From Bdellovibrionia bacterium (lineage in GTDB: Bacteria > Bdellovibrionota > UBA1018): a DNA stretch of 15,906 nucleotides. Location: assembly GCA_045805065.1 (NCBI GenBank), contig JBJMMA010000008.1:1-15906 (forward strand). The letters run 5' to 3'. The notes under the pieces are model-generated. The model did not search any database, had not been told where the DNA came from, and was given only the letters and a program-made list of their open reading frames with translations. Made by a program: the position numbers and the translations under genes. Positions 1 through 7,702 of the stretch are shown here, one piece after another. Position 1 is the first letter of the stretch; every line of letters begins with the position of its first letter.

Positions 1-148
1 CATCGCCAATCGGGGGCACGCCGCACTCGAATGGCATATTCTTTCGCCGAGTAGGTAGTTTGGGTCCAAGGATGTAGGACACAAGCAGAGCCAGACCGCC
101 AATGGTTGCACCTGCAAGCATCAGAATCAAAACGGGAATGTAAGCCAT
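1..148 (-). CDS. nuoA: NADH-quinone oxidoreductase subunit A, second and canonical-type copy (5' part only, runs off the window edge; absent from the ORF track)
   Basis: Manual translation from ATG at 148: MAYIPVLILMLAGATIGGLALLVSYILGPKLPTRRKNMPFECGVPPIGD. It shows a TM1 helix followed by the typical NuoA/ND3 'K..P(F/Y)ECG..P.G' loop. Confidence 0.92.
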   Translation of the reverse strand, partial: MAYIPVLILMLAGATIGGLALLVSYILGPKLPTRRKNMPFECGVPPIGD

Positions 149-181
149 ATCTACTGGTATAGCCTTACGGAAAGGCCACTG

Positions 182-1651
182 CTACCATAAAATAAAGCCG
201 AGCGACTTTCCGGCCCAGGTCAGAACCTGGTTTGCGAAGACGCCTGCGAGGACCATCGGCACTACTAATACGACCAGAAACATCCGCCTTCGAGAGTCGC
301 CCGTGACAGGCGTTTTTCCGGGCACCGAGAGATCGCCAATCAGGTTGAAAGAGAGTCGCGCGATCGCCACCGAAGAAAGAGTGAGCGAAAAAACTCCGAG
401 AGCAGCAAGCGCCAACCATTGATGGCGAACCGCTGCGCCGATCAAAGTAAACTTGGCGATAAAGCCCGGCATCGGTGGAATTCCAACCAAGCAAAGAAGG
501 AAAAGCACCAAACAAATACACTCGGGTACCGCACGAACGAGCATGCCTCTGAGATCAACGAGTCGGTCTGACCCCAGTTCTTCGTAAAAGAAGGACAGAA
601 CATAAAACGTTCCCATCAAGGCAAAGAGCTCAATGACCAGGTTGTAGAGGAGGGCCGCGACACCGACCTGATCCAAGACCAGGATGCCGAGCAGCATGAA
701 TCCGGTTTGAACGATCACAAGGCAGCTGACAAGTCTTTTGGCGCTGGTTTGGCGGTAAGCCAATAGAGAGCCGATCATCATCGACATACCGGCAATCAGG
801 CCAATGATTTTTGGCCACTCGAGTGATCCCAGGATTTGCCAACGGCCTGGCTCCAGGGCGGGTTGTGCGAAAACAGAGATGAAAAAACGAGTCGCTACAG
901 CGAAGCCCGCCGCCCGAGCTCCGACAGAAAGGAACGCGGCAGCTGGCGTTGGAGCACCTTCAAGGACGTCAGGCGTCCAAAAGTACATCGGGAAGGAGCC
1001 AACCTGAAAGCACAAGGCCAAGAGCGAGAGCATGAAGATCACCAGCATCGCCGTATGGCTGAGCGGGTGAGCTAGCAGGCTTTGGTGAATTTCATAAAGG
1101 TTCAGGCTTTGGGTGTGGCCAAACAAAAGAGCAAATCCATAAAGGAGCAGGCCCCCGGCGACGGCGCTGAAAACCATGTACTTTACGGCTGCCTCAACAG
1201 ATGGCATCGATTGTTTTCCATAGCCGGCCAGAAAATAGCCCAAGATATTGAGGCATTGCAGGGCCATGAAAATCAAAAGCAAATCGGCCGAAGATGCGGC
1301 CAGGCACATGGCAAGCGTTGAAGCCAGAATGAGAGCCATGAACTCCGTGTGACGACTTTCTGGGATTTGCTTACTATGGCGCGACGCAACGACGGCAAGC
1401 GCCGCAAGGACGATGAACAGGAGCTTGAAGAAAAGCGAGAGTCCGTCGACAGAAACAGTTCCGTGGAAAATCTGGGCGGGTCCGAGTCGGTACGTGGCCA
1501 GAGTCTGGATGAACGCCGCCCCCAACCCAAACAGGGCCGAAGCTTGCACAAGGCGATGCTGCTCTCCGTGGTACGTGATCTCTGAGATCACGACGAAGGC
1601 TAGCGTCACGGCCAAAATCAGTTCAGGTAGAATCAGCAGGAATTCATTCAC
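182..1651 (-). CDS. nuoN: NuoN-like antiporter-type subunit, divergent (489 aa, GTG start)
   Basis: Hydrophobic multi-TM protein with 'LPEL', 'SVEAAVKY', 'WTPDVLEGAPTP', 'QTSAKRL' and 'GIPPMPGFIAKF' motifs. Last gene after nuoM. Confidence 0.93.
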   Translation of the reverse strand: MNEFLLILPELILAVTLAFVVISEITYHGEQHRLVQASALFGLGAAFIQTLATYRLGPAQIFHGTVSVDGLSLFFKLLFIVLAALAVVASRHSKQIPESRHTEFMALILASTLAMCLAASSADLLLIFMALQCLNILGYFLAGYGKQSMPSVEAAVKYMVFSAVAGGLLLYGFALLFGHTQSLNLYEIHQSLLAHPLSHTAMLVIFMLSLLALCFQVGSFPMYFWTPDVLEGAPTPAAAFLSVGARAAGFAVATRFFISVFAQPALEPGRWQILGSLEWPKIIGLIAGMSMMIGSLLAYRQTSAKRLVSCLVIVQTGFMLLGILVLDQVGVAALLYNLVIELFALMGTFYVLSFFYEELGSDRLVDLRGMLVRAVPECICLVLFLLCLVGIPPMPGFIAKFTLIGAAVRHQWLALAALGVFSLTLSSVAIARLSFNLIGDLSVPGKTPVTGDSRRRMFLVVLVVPMVLAGVFANQVLTWAGKSLGFILW

Positions 1652-1666
1652 GGTTATTTCACCATC

Positions 1667-1694
1667 GCCTATTTGACCAGTGCCTATTTGACCA
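1667..1694. repeat. 13-bp direct repeat (GCCTATTTGACCA x2, 15-bp period) at the nuoM/nuoN junction
   Basis: Identical copies at 1667-1679 and 1682-1694. They duplicate the last codons and TAG stop of nuoM. Confidence 0.85.
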
Positions 1695-3228
1695 TTGAAA
1701 GAAGAGTCACAACCGTCGGCCTGACAAGCTCGATCAGTGGCTTAGGATAAATTCCAAAGAATAGAAGGCTTGCGACCAAAGGAAGCAGGTAGAGCTTTTC
1801 GCGAATCGTAAGATCCGTAAAGGTTGCCGCTCCGTTTTGTTCAGAGTCAGCAAGGCTTCCAAGGAACACATAGCGATACATCGTAAACAAGCAGTAGGCG
1901 GCCAAAAGTCCGGAGATGCCGGCCAGAAGCGCTGCCACAGGATAAGACGAGAAGGCTCCGATGATGATCAGTGAGCTTCCGACAAATCCGCCTGAGCCCG
2001 GGAACGCAAGCAGAGAGGCGACAACGACGCCTGCCACCACTGCAACCGTCGGGGCTTGAAGAGCAATTCCATCAAACACGCGACCTCCGCTTTCGGTGCG
2101 GAAATCCGTTGTGCCAGAGCGCTCGCCCAGGAGATTTGCAAAAAGTCCAAAGCCCGCAATCGCAAGTCCAAGAGCAAGCTTTTGATAAACAGCGCCGACA
2201 AAACCTGGCGAGCTCAAAGAGCCTACGCCCAAAAGTAGGATGCCCACCTGGCTGACGCAGATGAAGGCCAAGAGCTTTCTAAGGTTTCTTTGTGTGACTG
2301 CGCAAAGAGCGCCGACGAGAAGATTGACCGTTCCCACGATCACAATTGCGGGTGCAAAGTGGAGAAGCGTTTCAGGAAAGAGGGTGCAGGTCAGGCGTTC
2401 AAAGATATAGACCGCCACCGGGACCGATGCTGCGCCAAGCGCCACGACAACCGAGAGGGGGGCCTCTTCAGCGGCATGCATGAACCATCCATGAAGTGGC
2501 CAGATCGGAGCACGGAAGGCAAGTCCGATGGAAATCAAGACAAAGGCAACCACCGGAACGGATGCTTCGTAGCCCAGGAACTCAAACATCTTTCCGTTGA
2601 GCTTTCCGCCGGCAAGGTCATGAAGCGAGAAAGTGTGCGGATCGATCGAGTAGTAAATGAGGATGAGGGCTGCAAGAAGGAATGCGTTTCCCACGCAAGC
2701 GGTGACAATCGATCGGAACGCCGCGCTTTCGCGGTCGCGCGTGCCCCAGATCCCAATGAGGAAATAAAATGGGAATGCGGTGAGGGCCCAGAAGAAAAGC
2801 TGAAGAAAAAGATCCTGCGCACAGACTGCTCCAATGAATGCGGTTTGAAGAACCAGAAACAAACCATGCATTCCGCGAACGCCGGTGCGGCGGTTCCACT
2901 CAGCAGAGATGAGGATAGGAAAGAGAATCGATATCAAAAGCACGAGCGGAGCATTCAGCCCGTCGACTGCCATGTCGTAGTGAATGGCGTAAGAGCCGAT
3001 CCAGGCAAAGCTCTCGGTTGCCTGAGGATCTGCCGTTGCGGCCTGCATGGAGACCACGGTCAGGATTCCGCACAGACTTGAAAGGAGACTGGTCGCCAGC
3101 GCGACCCAGCGTCCTGCGGGACGGGATAAATGGTTCTCGCCACGAGTGGAGACATCAGGAAGAAAACCCTGAAGGACGGCCCCGACTACGGGAAGAATGA
3201 TCATCAAGCTAATCAAGTAATTAAACAC
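1684..3228 (-). CDS. nuoM: NuoM-like antiporter-type subunit, divergent (about 514 aa; probable GTG start at 3228 rather than 3264)
   Basis: 'VDGL', 'DLFL..FFW....PFYFLIGIWG', 'PLHGW....EAP', 'PG..GFVG', 'DLTIRE' and 'GIYP' motifs. GAGGGG precedes the GTG at 3228, 13 nt after the nuoL stop. Confidence 0.92.
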   Translation of the reverse strand: MFNYLISLMIILPVVGAVLQGFLPDVSTRGENHLSRPAGRWVALATSLLSSLCGILTVVSMQAATADPQATESFAWIGSYAIHYDMAVDGLNAPLVLLISILFPILISAEWNRRTGVRGMHGLFLVLQTAFIGAVCAQDLFLQLFFWALTAFPFYFLIGIWGTRDRESAAFRSIVTACVGNAFLLAALILIYYSIDPHTFSLHDLAGGKLNGKMFEFLGYEASVPVVAFVLISIGLAFRAPIWPLHGWFMHAAEEAPLSVVVALGAASVPVAVYIFERLTCTLFPETLLHFAPAIVIVGTVNLLVGALCAVTQRNLRKLLAFICVSQVGILLLGVGSLSSPGFVGAVYQKLALGLAIAGFGLFANLLGERSGTTDFRTESGGRVFDGIALQAPTVAVVAGVVVASLLAFPGSGGFVGSSLIIIGAFSSYPVAALLAGISGLLAAYCLFTMYRYVFLGSLADSEQNGAATFTDLTIREKLYLLPLVASLLFFGIYPKPLIELVRPTVVTLLSMVK

Positions 3229-3241
3229 TCTGCCCCTCGCT

Positions 3242-5197
3242 TTAGCGCAGCATTCCCGCGCCAAACAAATAATGAGCCAGGATCACAAGTCCTGAACCCA
3301 TTCCAAACAAAAGATACCATTGCACATCGCCGTTTTGGATGAGCTGAAGAAACTTGGCCGGAGAATCAATGCATCTGCGAACCAGATTTCTTCCATTCAA
3401 TGACACCGCGGTGTCGACTCGAACGATTCCGTTGGCTGTCGAGCGGATGACTGTCGTCAACGCTTTCGGGATCCAGTTTTGCCAAACGTTCTTTTCGATC
3501 AGGGAATCTGCCTGGCTTGTTGCCCAGGTCATTCCATCGATCGTGCGCTTTGCCAGTCGATCCACTCCGTAACCTGAAACAATTACGTGGTGGATCTTGG
3601 CAGCAAAGCCATCCCCTTCAGGCTGCATCGTTTGAAGCGATGCCCAGTAAGCTGCGCCCAGAGAAAGGATCAATGCGCCAATGTAGGCGCCAAAAACTGT
3701 AGCGGTCTCTTCCACGCCAGCTGTCGGAGCTCCGAAAAGGAGTTCCATTAAGGATGGCGCGACTTTGTCCGCGCCGCCTGGGAGCGCGCCTCCCAAGATA
3801 GCGCCGTTCCAAGCAACACCCAGGGAGAGAAGAATCAGGATCGTCGGAATCACAAGCGATGACCAATGAGGCATGCTTGCCACTTTGCGACGGCTCATCA
3901 TCCATCCAAGCTTCCAACCTAAGATAGAGAAGAGAGCAAGACTCGAGAGAGCAGCGGCAGCTTGAGCTGGATCATGCCAGGACTGCATGAGCCAATCGAT
4001 CTGACCACCTGCTGAGACAAATCCTGCAACACCGATCGCCGCGGCGATCCCAAAAAAGCCAGCGGTCTTCGCCCAAATCACGGTTCCGCCAGCTACGGTC
4101 TCATCATTGAGTGGCGCTTCGGCGGACTGAAGCAAAGATTGGCAGCAAGTAAAGGCTGAGACTCCGAGTCCCAGGCCAACAATTAGGGCAAGGGCTGCCT
4201 GTGGAGAAGCCAGGCAGAGGATTGCGGCGGCAAGCGTTGCGCCTGAGGAGAACCAGGCTCCAAGGGATGCTTCCCACTCGGTTTGGAACATTCCCGAGAT
4301 GACTGCCAAAAGAGTTGAAGCAAGGAGCATCCAGCCAAAGACAGAAAAGACCATCTGGTCGCCCAAGCTCATTTGAAGGCGAATCAGAATTCCAAATGTC
4401 GCCCAGGCAGGAAACACCTGAGCCATCGTGATCCGAATCCAAGGAGAGGTTCTTCCTGGGCTAACGGTCCAAGAGAGCAATGGGAAGGGCTGGAGTTGAA
4501 CCAGAAGTCCTGCAAGCAGCAACACGGATCCCACAGTTTCGGAAAGTGATGCGCCTTGAGCAGCCGTGATCCAGTGCTGCGCTTTGGACCAAATGAGCGG
4601 CGCGCGACCTCCCGCGAGAGCACAAGCTCCCAGAATGGAGAGAATCAAACCAAAGGCGCGCTCTCTTCCAAAGCGGATCGCAAGTTCGGATTCCTCTTCA
4701 GCGTCCCAGCGAGAACCCAAGGAGAGAAAGCCCGCGAAGATCACAAGCGATAGCCCCCCAAGAGCAAGCCATGGGGTCAAGGCAAGCCAGCTCAGTGCGC
4801 ATCCGGCTGCTGCAAAAGCAATCGCACTATGCGTGCGCTCGGGGCGAGGCTGACTTGGAAGAACGCGCACGCCGGCAAGAAGGAGGGCGGCAAAGATGAC
4901 GCCTAAGCCCGCGAGCACAAGTCCTTGCGGGTCTTGAAGGATTCCGGCGGGAACGGCGCCTTCGCGGTCCACGGGCCAGATCCAGCCGCGAAGCCAGACA
5001 TGTGCGCGCGATGCTTCTTCAACAAGTCCGTTTCCGGCAAAGATCAGTGCGCCCGCCAATACGGCCAGAAAGAGACCCACTAACCAGTCGCCGTTGCGGG
5101 GAAGCTTTCGTCCCCAAGCGAGCGTGATTACGCCGCTTAACGCAAGAAGCGCGATACTGAGAACTAAGATGAACGGTGCGCTCTGGTTTTGGATCAT
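3242..5197 (-). CDS. nuoL: Highly divergent NuoL-like membrane subunit (651 aa)
   Basis: Lies between nuoK and nuoM and has NuoL-like length and many TM segments. Relics 'PFPLLSW' and 'QTE' remain, plus a long hydrophilic/amphipathic stretch and a C-terminal 'IQNGDVQWY'+TM matching the NuoL lateral helix and last TM. The core motifs are largely eroded. Confidence 0.8.
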   Translation of the reverse strand: MIQNQSAPFILVLSIALLALSGVITLAWGRKLPRNGDWLVGLFLAVLAGALIFAGNGLVEEASRAHVWLRGWIWPVDREGAVPAGILQDPQGLVLAGLGVIFAALLLAGVRVLPSQPRPERTHSAIAFAAAGCALSWLALTPWLALGGLSLVIFAGFLSLGSRWDAEEESELAIRFGRERAFGLILSILGACALAGGRAPLIWSKAQHWITAAQGASLSETVGSVLLLAGLLVQLQPFPLLSWTVSPGRTSPWIRITMAQVFPAWATFGILIRLQMSLGDQMVFSVFGWMLLASTLLAVISGMFQTEWEASLGAWFSSGATLAAAILCLASPQAALALIVGLGLGVSAFTCCQSLLQSAEAPLNDETVAGGTVIWAKTAGFFGIAAAIGVAGFVSAGGQIDWLMQSWHDPAQAAAALSSLALFSILGWKLGWMMSRRKVASMPHWSSLVIPTILILLSLGVAWNGAILGGALPGGADKVAPSLMELLFGAPTAGVEETATVFGAYIGALILSLGAAYWASLQTMQPEGDGFAAKIHHVIVSGYGVDRLAKRTIDGMTWATSQADSLIEKNVWQNWIPKALTTVIRSTANGIVRVDTAVSLNGRNLVRRCIDSPAKFLQLIQNGDVQWYLLFGMGSGLVILAHYLFGAGMLR

Positions 5198-5206
5198 GGG
5201 CTCTGC

Positions 5207-5539
5207 TCAGTTTTTCAGCGACTTGAGGTCGCTCATTTCAATTTTGTTTTTTAGGTAAAATAAACGAATGGCCAGGGCGAATCCTGCCACAAGCTGCGCA
5301 ATACCGCCCACAGCGATGAAAACGCCACCAGCGTGACCGCTCGCGCGCACAACGCCGTCTTGAATAGCGCCGGCAGAGCCGGCTTGAGTTGCGCCAGCAA
5401 AGATTCCTGCGACAACAAACATCATGGTCGCGCCCATGATCATGAGCTGAAGTCCGATCAAAAGACCCAGGAGGGTTCTTCTCATGACGACGCAAACAAG
5501 ACCCATGGCTCCAATCAGGCCAGCTACGGTCATTAACAT
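5207..5539 (-). CDS. nuoK: NuoK-like subunit, divergent (110 aa)
   Basis: Three TM helices, the 'RR.L' loop and the C-terminal 'DLKSLK'. GGAGGTG RBS; overlaps the end of nuoJ. Confidence 0.9.
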   Translation of the reverse strand: MLMTVAGLIGAMGLVCVVMRRTLLGLLIGLQLMIMGATMMFVVAGIFAGATQAGSAGAIQDGVVRASGHAGGVFIAVGGIAQLVAGFALAIRLFYLKNKIEMSDLKSLKN

Positions 5540-6096
5540 GACTCACCTCCCGATTGGGTCTCTGACTTGTTGTCGCCTGACTCTCGGTCACCAGACTCCG
5601 GACGCGCGACAACTCCGCCGCCTACCAAGATCAAAAACAAGGTGAGCGCCAGGACTTCCAGAGAGATGATGTGGTTTTCAACCATGACTCTGCCCAAAGA
5701 AGCGAGATCGTTGCCAGCAGCTGGAGCAGGGATTGGACCGCCTGGGAGATCGGCGGAGCCAAGATAAATAATCGCCGCAAAAGCCGCACCGATTGCGGTT
5801 GCAATCAATGTCGAGACAATGACTTTACGGTTGAGCATCTGACGGAGCGAGCGTTTTTCGCGTTGCTGGGATTCGTATTCGCCAAACATGACCGCAAAGA
5901 AGAAAAGCGCAATGGCAACCAGAGTCGAGATGATCCACTGAAGAACGGCAAGAGTCTCAGCGCCGACGGTAAGAAAGATGCATCCCATGGCAAGGCCTGC
6001 GATCCAGAGCGAGAGAATCGCCTGTCTCATTCCCTGAACCACCGTTGCAGTCAGAGTCGCACCTAAAGCAATTGCTGAAAAGACCCAGCTGATCAT
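5533..6096 (-). CDS. nuoJ: NuoJ-like subunit, divergent (187 aa)
   Basis: 'GAE.LA..Q' and 'LG......I..LEV....L....VG.....R' patterns, five hydrophobic segments, TGATG overlap with nuoI. Confidence 0.88.
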   Translation of the reverse strand: MISWVFSAIALGATLTATVVQGMRQAILSLWIAGLAMGCIFLTVGAETLAVLQWIISTLVAIALFFFAVMFGEYESQQREKRSLRQMLNRKVIVSTLIATAIGAAFAAIIYLGSADLPGGPIPAPAAGNDLASLGRVMVENHIISLEVLALTLFLILVGGGVVARPESGDRESGDNKSETQSGGESC

Positions 6097-6626
6097 CAGT
6101 CGCTATCTCCCATTTCAGCCAGTCTGCGCATTTCGGCCCACTTAGCTTGCTGCTCCGGCGTGACTCTTCCACGGCCAAAGCTTGCGACCATTTCTGGAAG
6201 CTCATAAGCCGCGTTCTCATAACGGCGGGTGTGAGTCAGAGACACAGGCTGACAGGCTTCCACGCAAAGTCCGCAAAAAATGCACTTGGAATAATCAATG
6301 TCAAAAATGGAAACCCAGTCTTTGCCAACGTCCGTGCCGGGTTGAACTTCAATCTTGATGCATTGGGTGGGGCAAACCTTTTCGCAGGCGCCACAACCCG
6401 TGCACTTATCGATGTCATTAAAAAGAAGTCCCCGGGAGCGCGGCGGAAGATCATCCGCCGTCTTCGAGGAAATCGGATCGGGGTATTGCTCGGTGACTTC
6501 CTTTCGGAGATCTCCTGCACTCAAAAGATACGGCAGCGCCGTCATGAAAGAGCCCGACACTGAGCGAACGCCCAGCAGGATTTCCCGAAAGTAGGCTCGA
6601 ATCGTCGAAAAAACAGACTGATTCAC
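6096..6626 (-). CDS. nuoI: NuoI-like 2x[4Fe-4S] subunit (about 176 aa; probable GTG start at 6626 rather than 6755)
   Basis: 'VTEQYP', 'R.RG', CTGCGACEKVCP and CIFCGLCVEAC motifs. GGAGG lies 8 nt before a GTG that overlaps the nuoH stop (GTGA). Confidence 0.95.
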   Translation of the reverse strand: MNQSVFSTIRAYFREILLGVRSVSGSFMTALPYLLSAGDLRKEVTEQYPDPISSKTADDLPPRSRGLLFNDIDKCTGCGACEKVCPTQCIKIEVQPGTDVGKDWVSIFDIDYSKCIFCGLCVEACQPVSLTHTRRYENAAYELPEMVASFGRGRVTPEQQAKWAEMRRLAEMGDSD

Positions 6627-7702
6627 AACATCGCCCTCCACCCTGCCCACAGGGCCGCACCAATCAGAGCTCCCAGCGAGAATGGACTCAGAACCTTCCA
6701 TGAGAAGTCCGTCGTTTGATCCACTCTTGCGCGTGGGTTTACTCTGGCAATCCAAATCAGAATCATCATGAGGCCGTAGGTCTTAGCCAACAGCCAGACA
6801 AGCTCAATGATCTCACGAAGCAAATGCTCGCTGCCATCGGTCACGCGCTCCACCAGCCACGACGGCAAGGTCCATGCGCCCAAGAAAAGAACGACCGTGA
6901 TCTGAGACCAAAGAAAAAATCCGTAGAATCGACCCAGGCGGAACAGGCTCAGTCTTCTTCCAGAGAGATCCGAAGAGACGCCGCCATGAAGATCCATCAC
7001 GGAGAGACCACCATCCATCGGCGGAACGTTCATGATGATGAGTCCGCTGGCGATGAAAACGATCATCGCGATGAATTGAAAAGGATTGGTCGTCGCAGTC
7101 CAATGAAGCGGTGATGCGCCTTGAACCTCCGCGAACGACGCCCAACGAAAGCTTCCGGAGCGGATGCCTGCGCAAAGCACACAGATCAGCGCGGGAAAAG
7201 CGCCAGCAAGGGCTTGAGCCGCAAGCCTGACTCCGCCAAACCACCCACTGACCGTGCCCTGGCTGAAACCCATGAGCATGGTGCCCAGAGCAAGAACGAG
7301 GGCGGACCAAAACGGAAGAAACGCGCTCATGTCCGTGTTGACAAGAATGGCTGCAGATCCCAGCGGCATGACGGCAACGGTTGAGTAGAGTGCCATCGTA
7401 TGGACGCCAAGCCAGAGCGTTTCATGCCAGTTCCATTCGCTGGAAGGCTCTTTCTGCAAAAACTTTAGAAGATCAGCCAGTGGCTGAAGGAGTCCCCAAG
7501 GACCCGAACGATTTGGGCCAACGCGTGCCTGAAAATCCGCGCTTAACTTGCGATCCACGAATGAGACCACTGCACCGCTGGGAAGAATGACGATTGTATA
7601 AATGAAGAAGATCCCAATCGTCGCAACAATCCATAGAGGCGTTCCCGAAGGAAGGCCGATCGTGGATTTCCAGATTTCAAGGGTTTGAGCGAGCGTCATC
7701 AT
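6623..7702 (-). CDS. nuoH: NuoH-like membrane subunit, divergent (359 aa)
   Basis: 'RK.....Q.RVGPNR.GP.GLLQP.AD.LK...KE', 'LFLG.W' and 'PR.R.DQ.....WK' motifs. ATGA overlap with nuoD. Confidence 0.95.
   Translation of the reverse strand: MMTLAQTLEIWKSTIGLPSGTPLWIVATIGIFFIYTIVILPSGAVVSFVDRKLSADFQARVGPNRSGPWGLLQPLADLLKFLQKEPSSEWNWHETLWLGVHTMALYSTVAVMPLGSAAILVNTDMSAFLPFWSALVLALGTMLMGFSQGTVSGWFGGVRLAAQALAGAFPALICVLCAGIRSGSFRWASFAEVQGASPLHWTATTNPFQFIAMIVFIASGLIIMNVPPMDGGLSVMDLHGGVSSDLSGRRLSLFRLGRFYGFFLWSQITVVLFLGAWTLPSWLVERVTDGSEHLLREIIELVWLLAKTYGLMMILIWIARVNPRARVDQTTDFSWKVLSPFSLGALIGAALWAGWRAML

Noticed and set aside
149..184. Internal promoter or terminator before the second nuoA
   Set aside because: The TATACC -10 candidate has only a poor -35 (TAGCAG), and the hairpin lacks a U-tract. 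Neither is supportable from sequence alone.
2290..3081. 263-aa plus-strand ORF and the other antisense or alternate-frame ORFs in the track (for example 12973-13662, 11773-12453, 15386-15763)
   Set aside because: They lie within well-supported genes, have no recognisable motifs, and show the composition expected of shadow frames.
182..6096. Mrp Na+/H+ antiporter operon
   Set aside because: Gene order J-K-L-M-N and the subunit motifs are complex I type. No MrpE/F/G-like genes are present, and Mrp also requires the Glu/Lys residues missing here.
6627..6755. Longest-ORF starts for nuoI (6755), nuoM (3264) and nuoC (9383)
   Set aside because: They overlap the upstream genes more than needed. 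Downstream GTG codons with good SD spacing give typical lengths.
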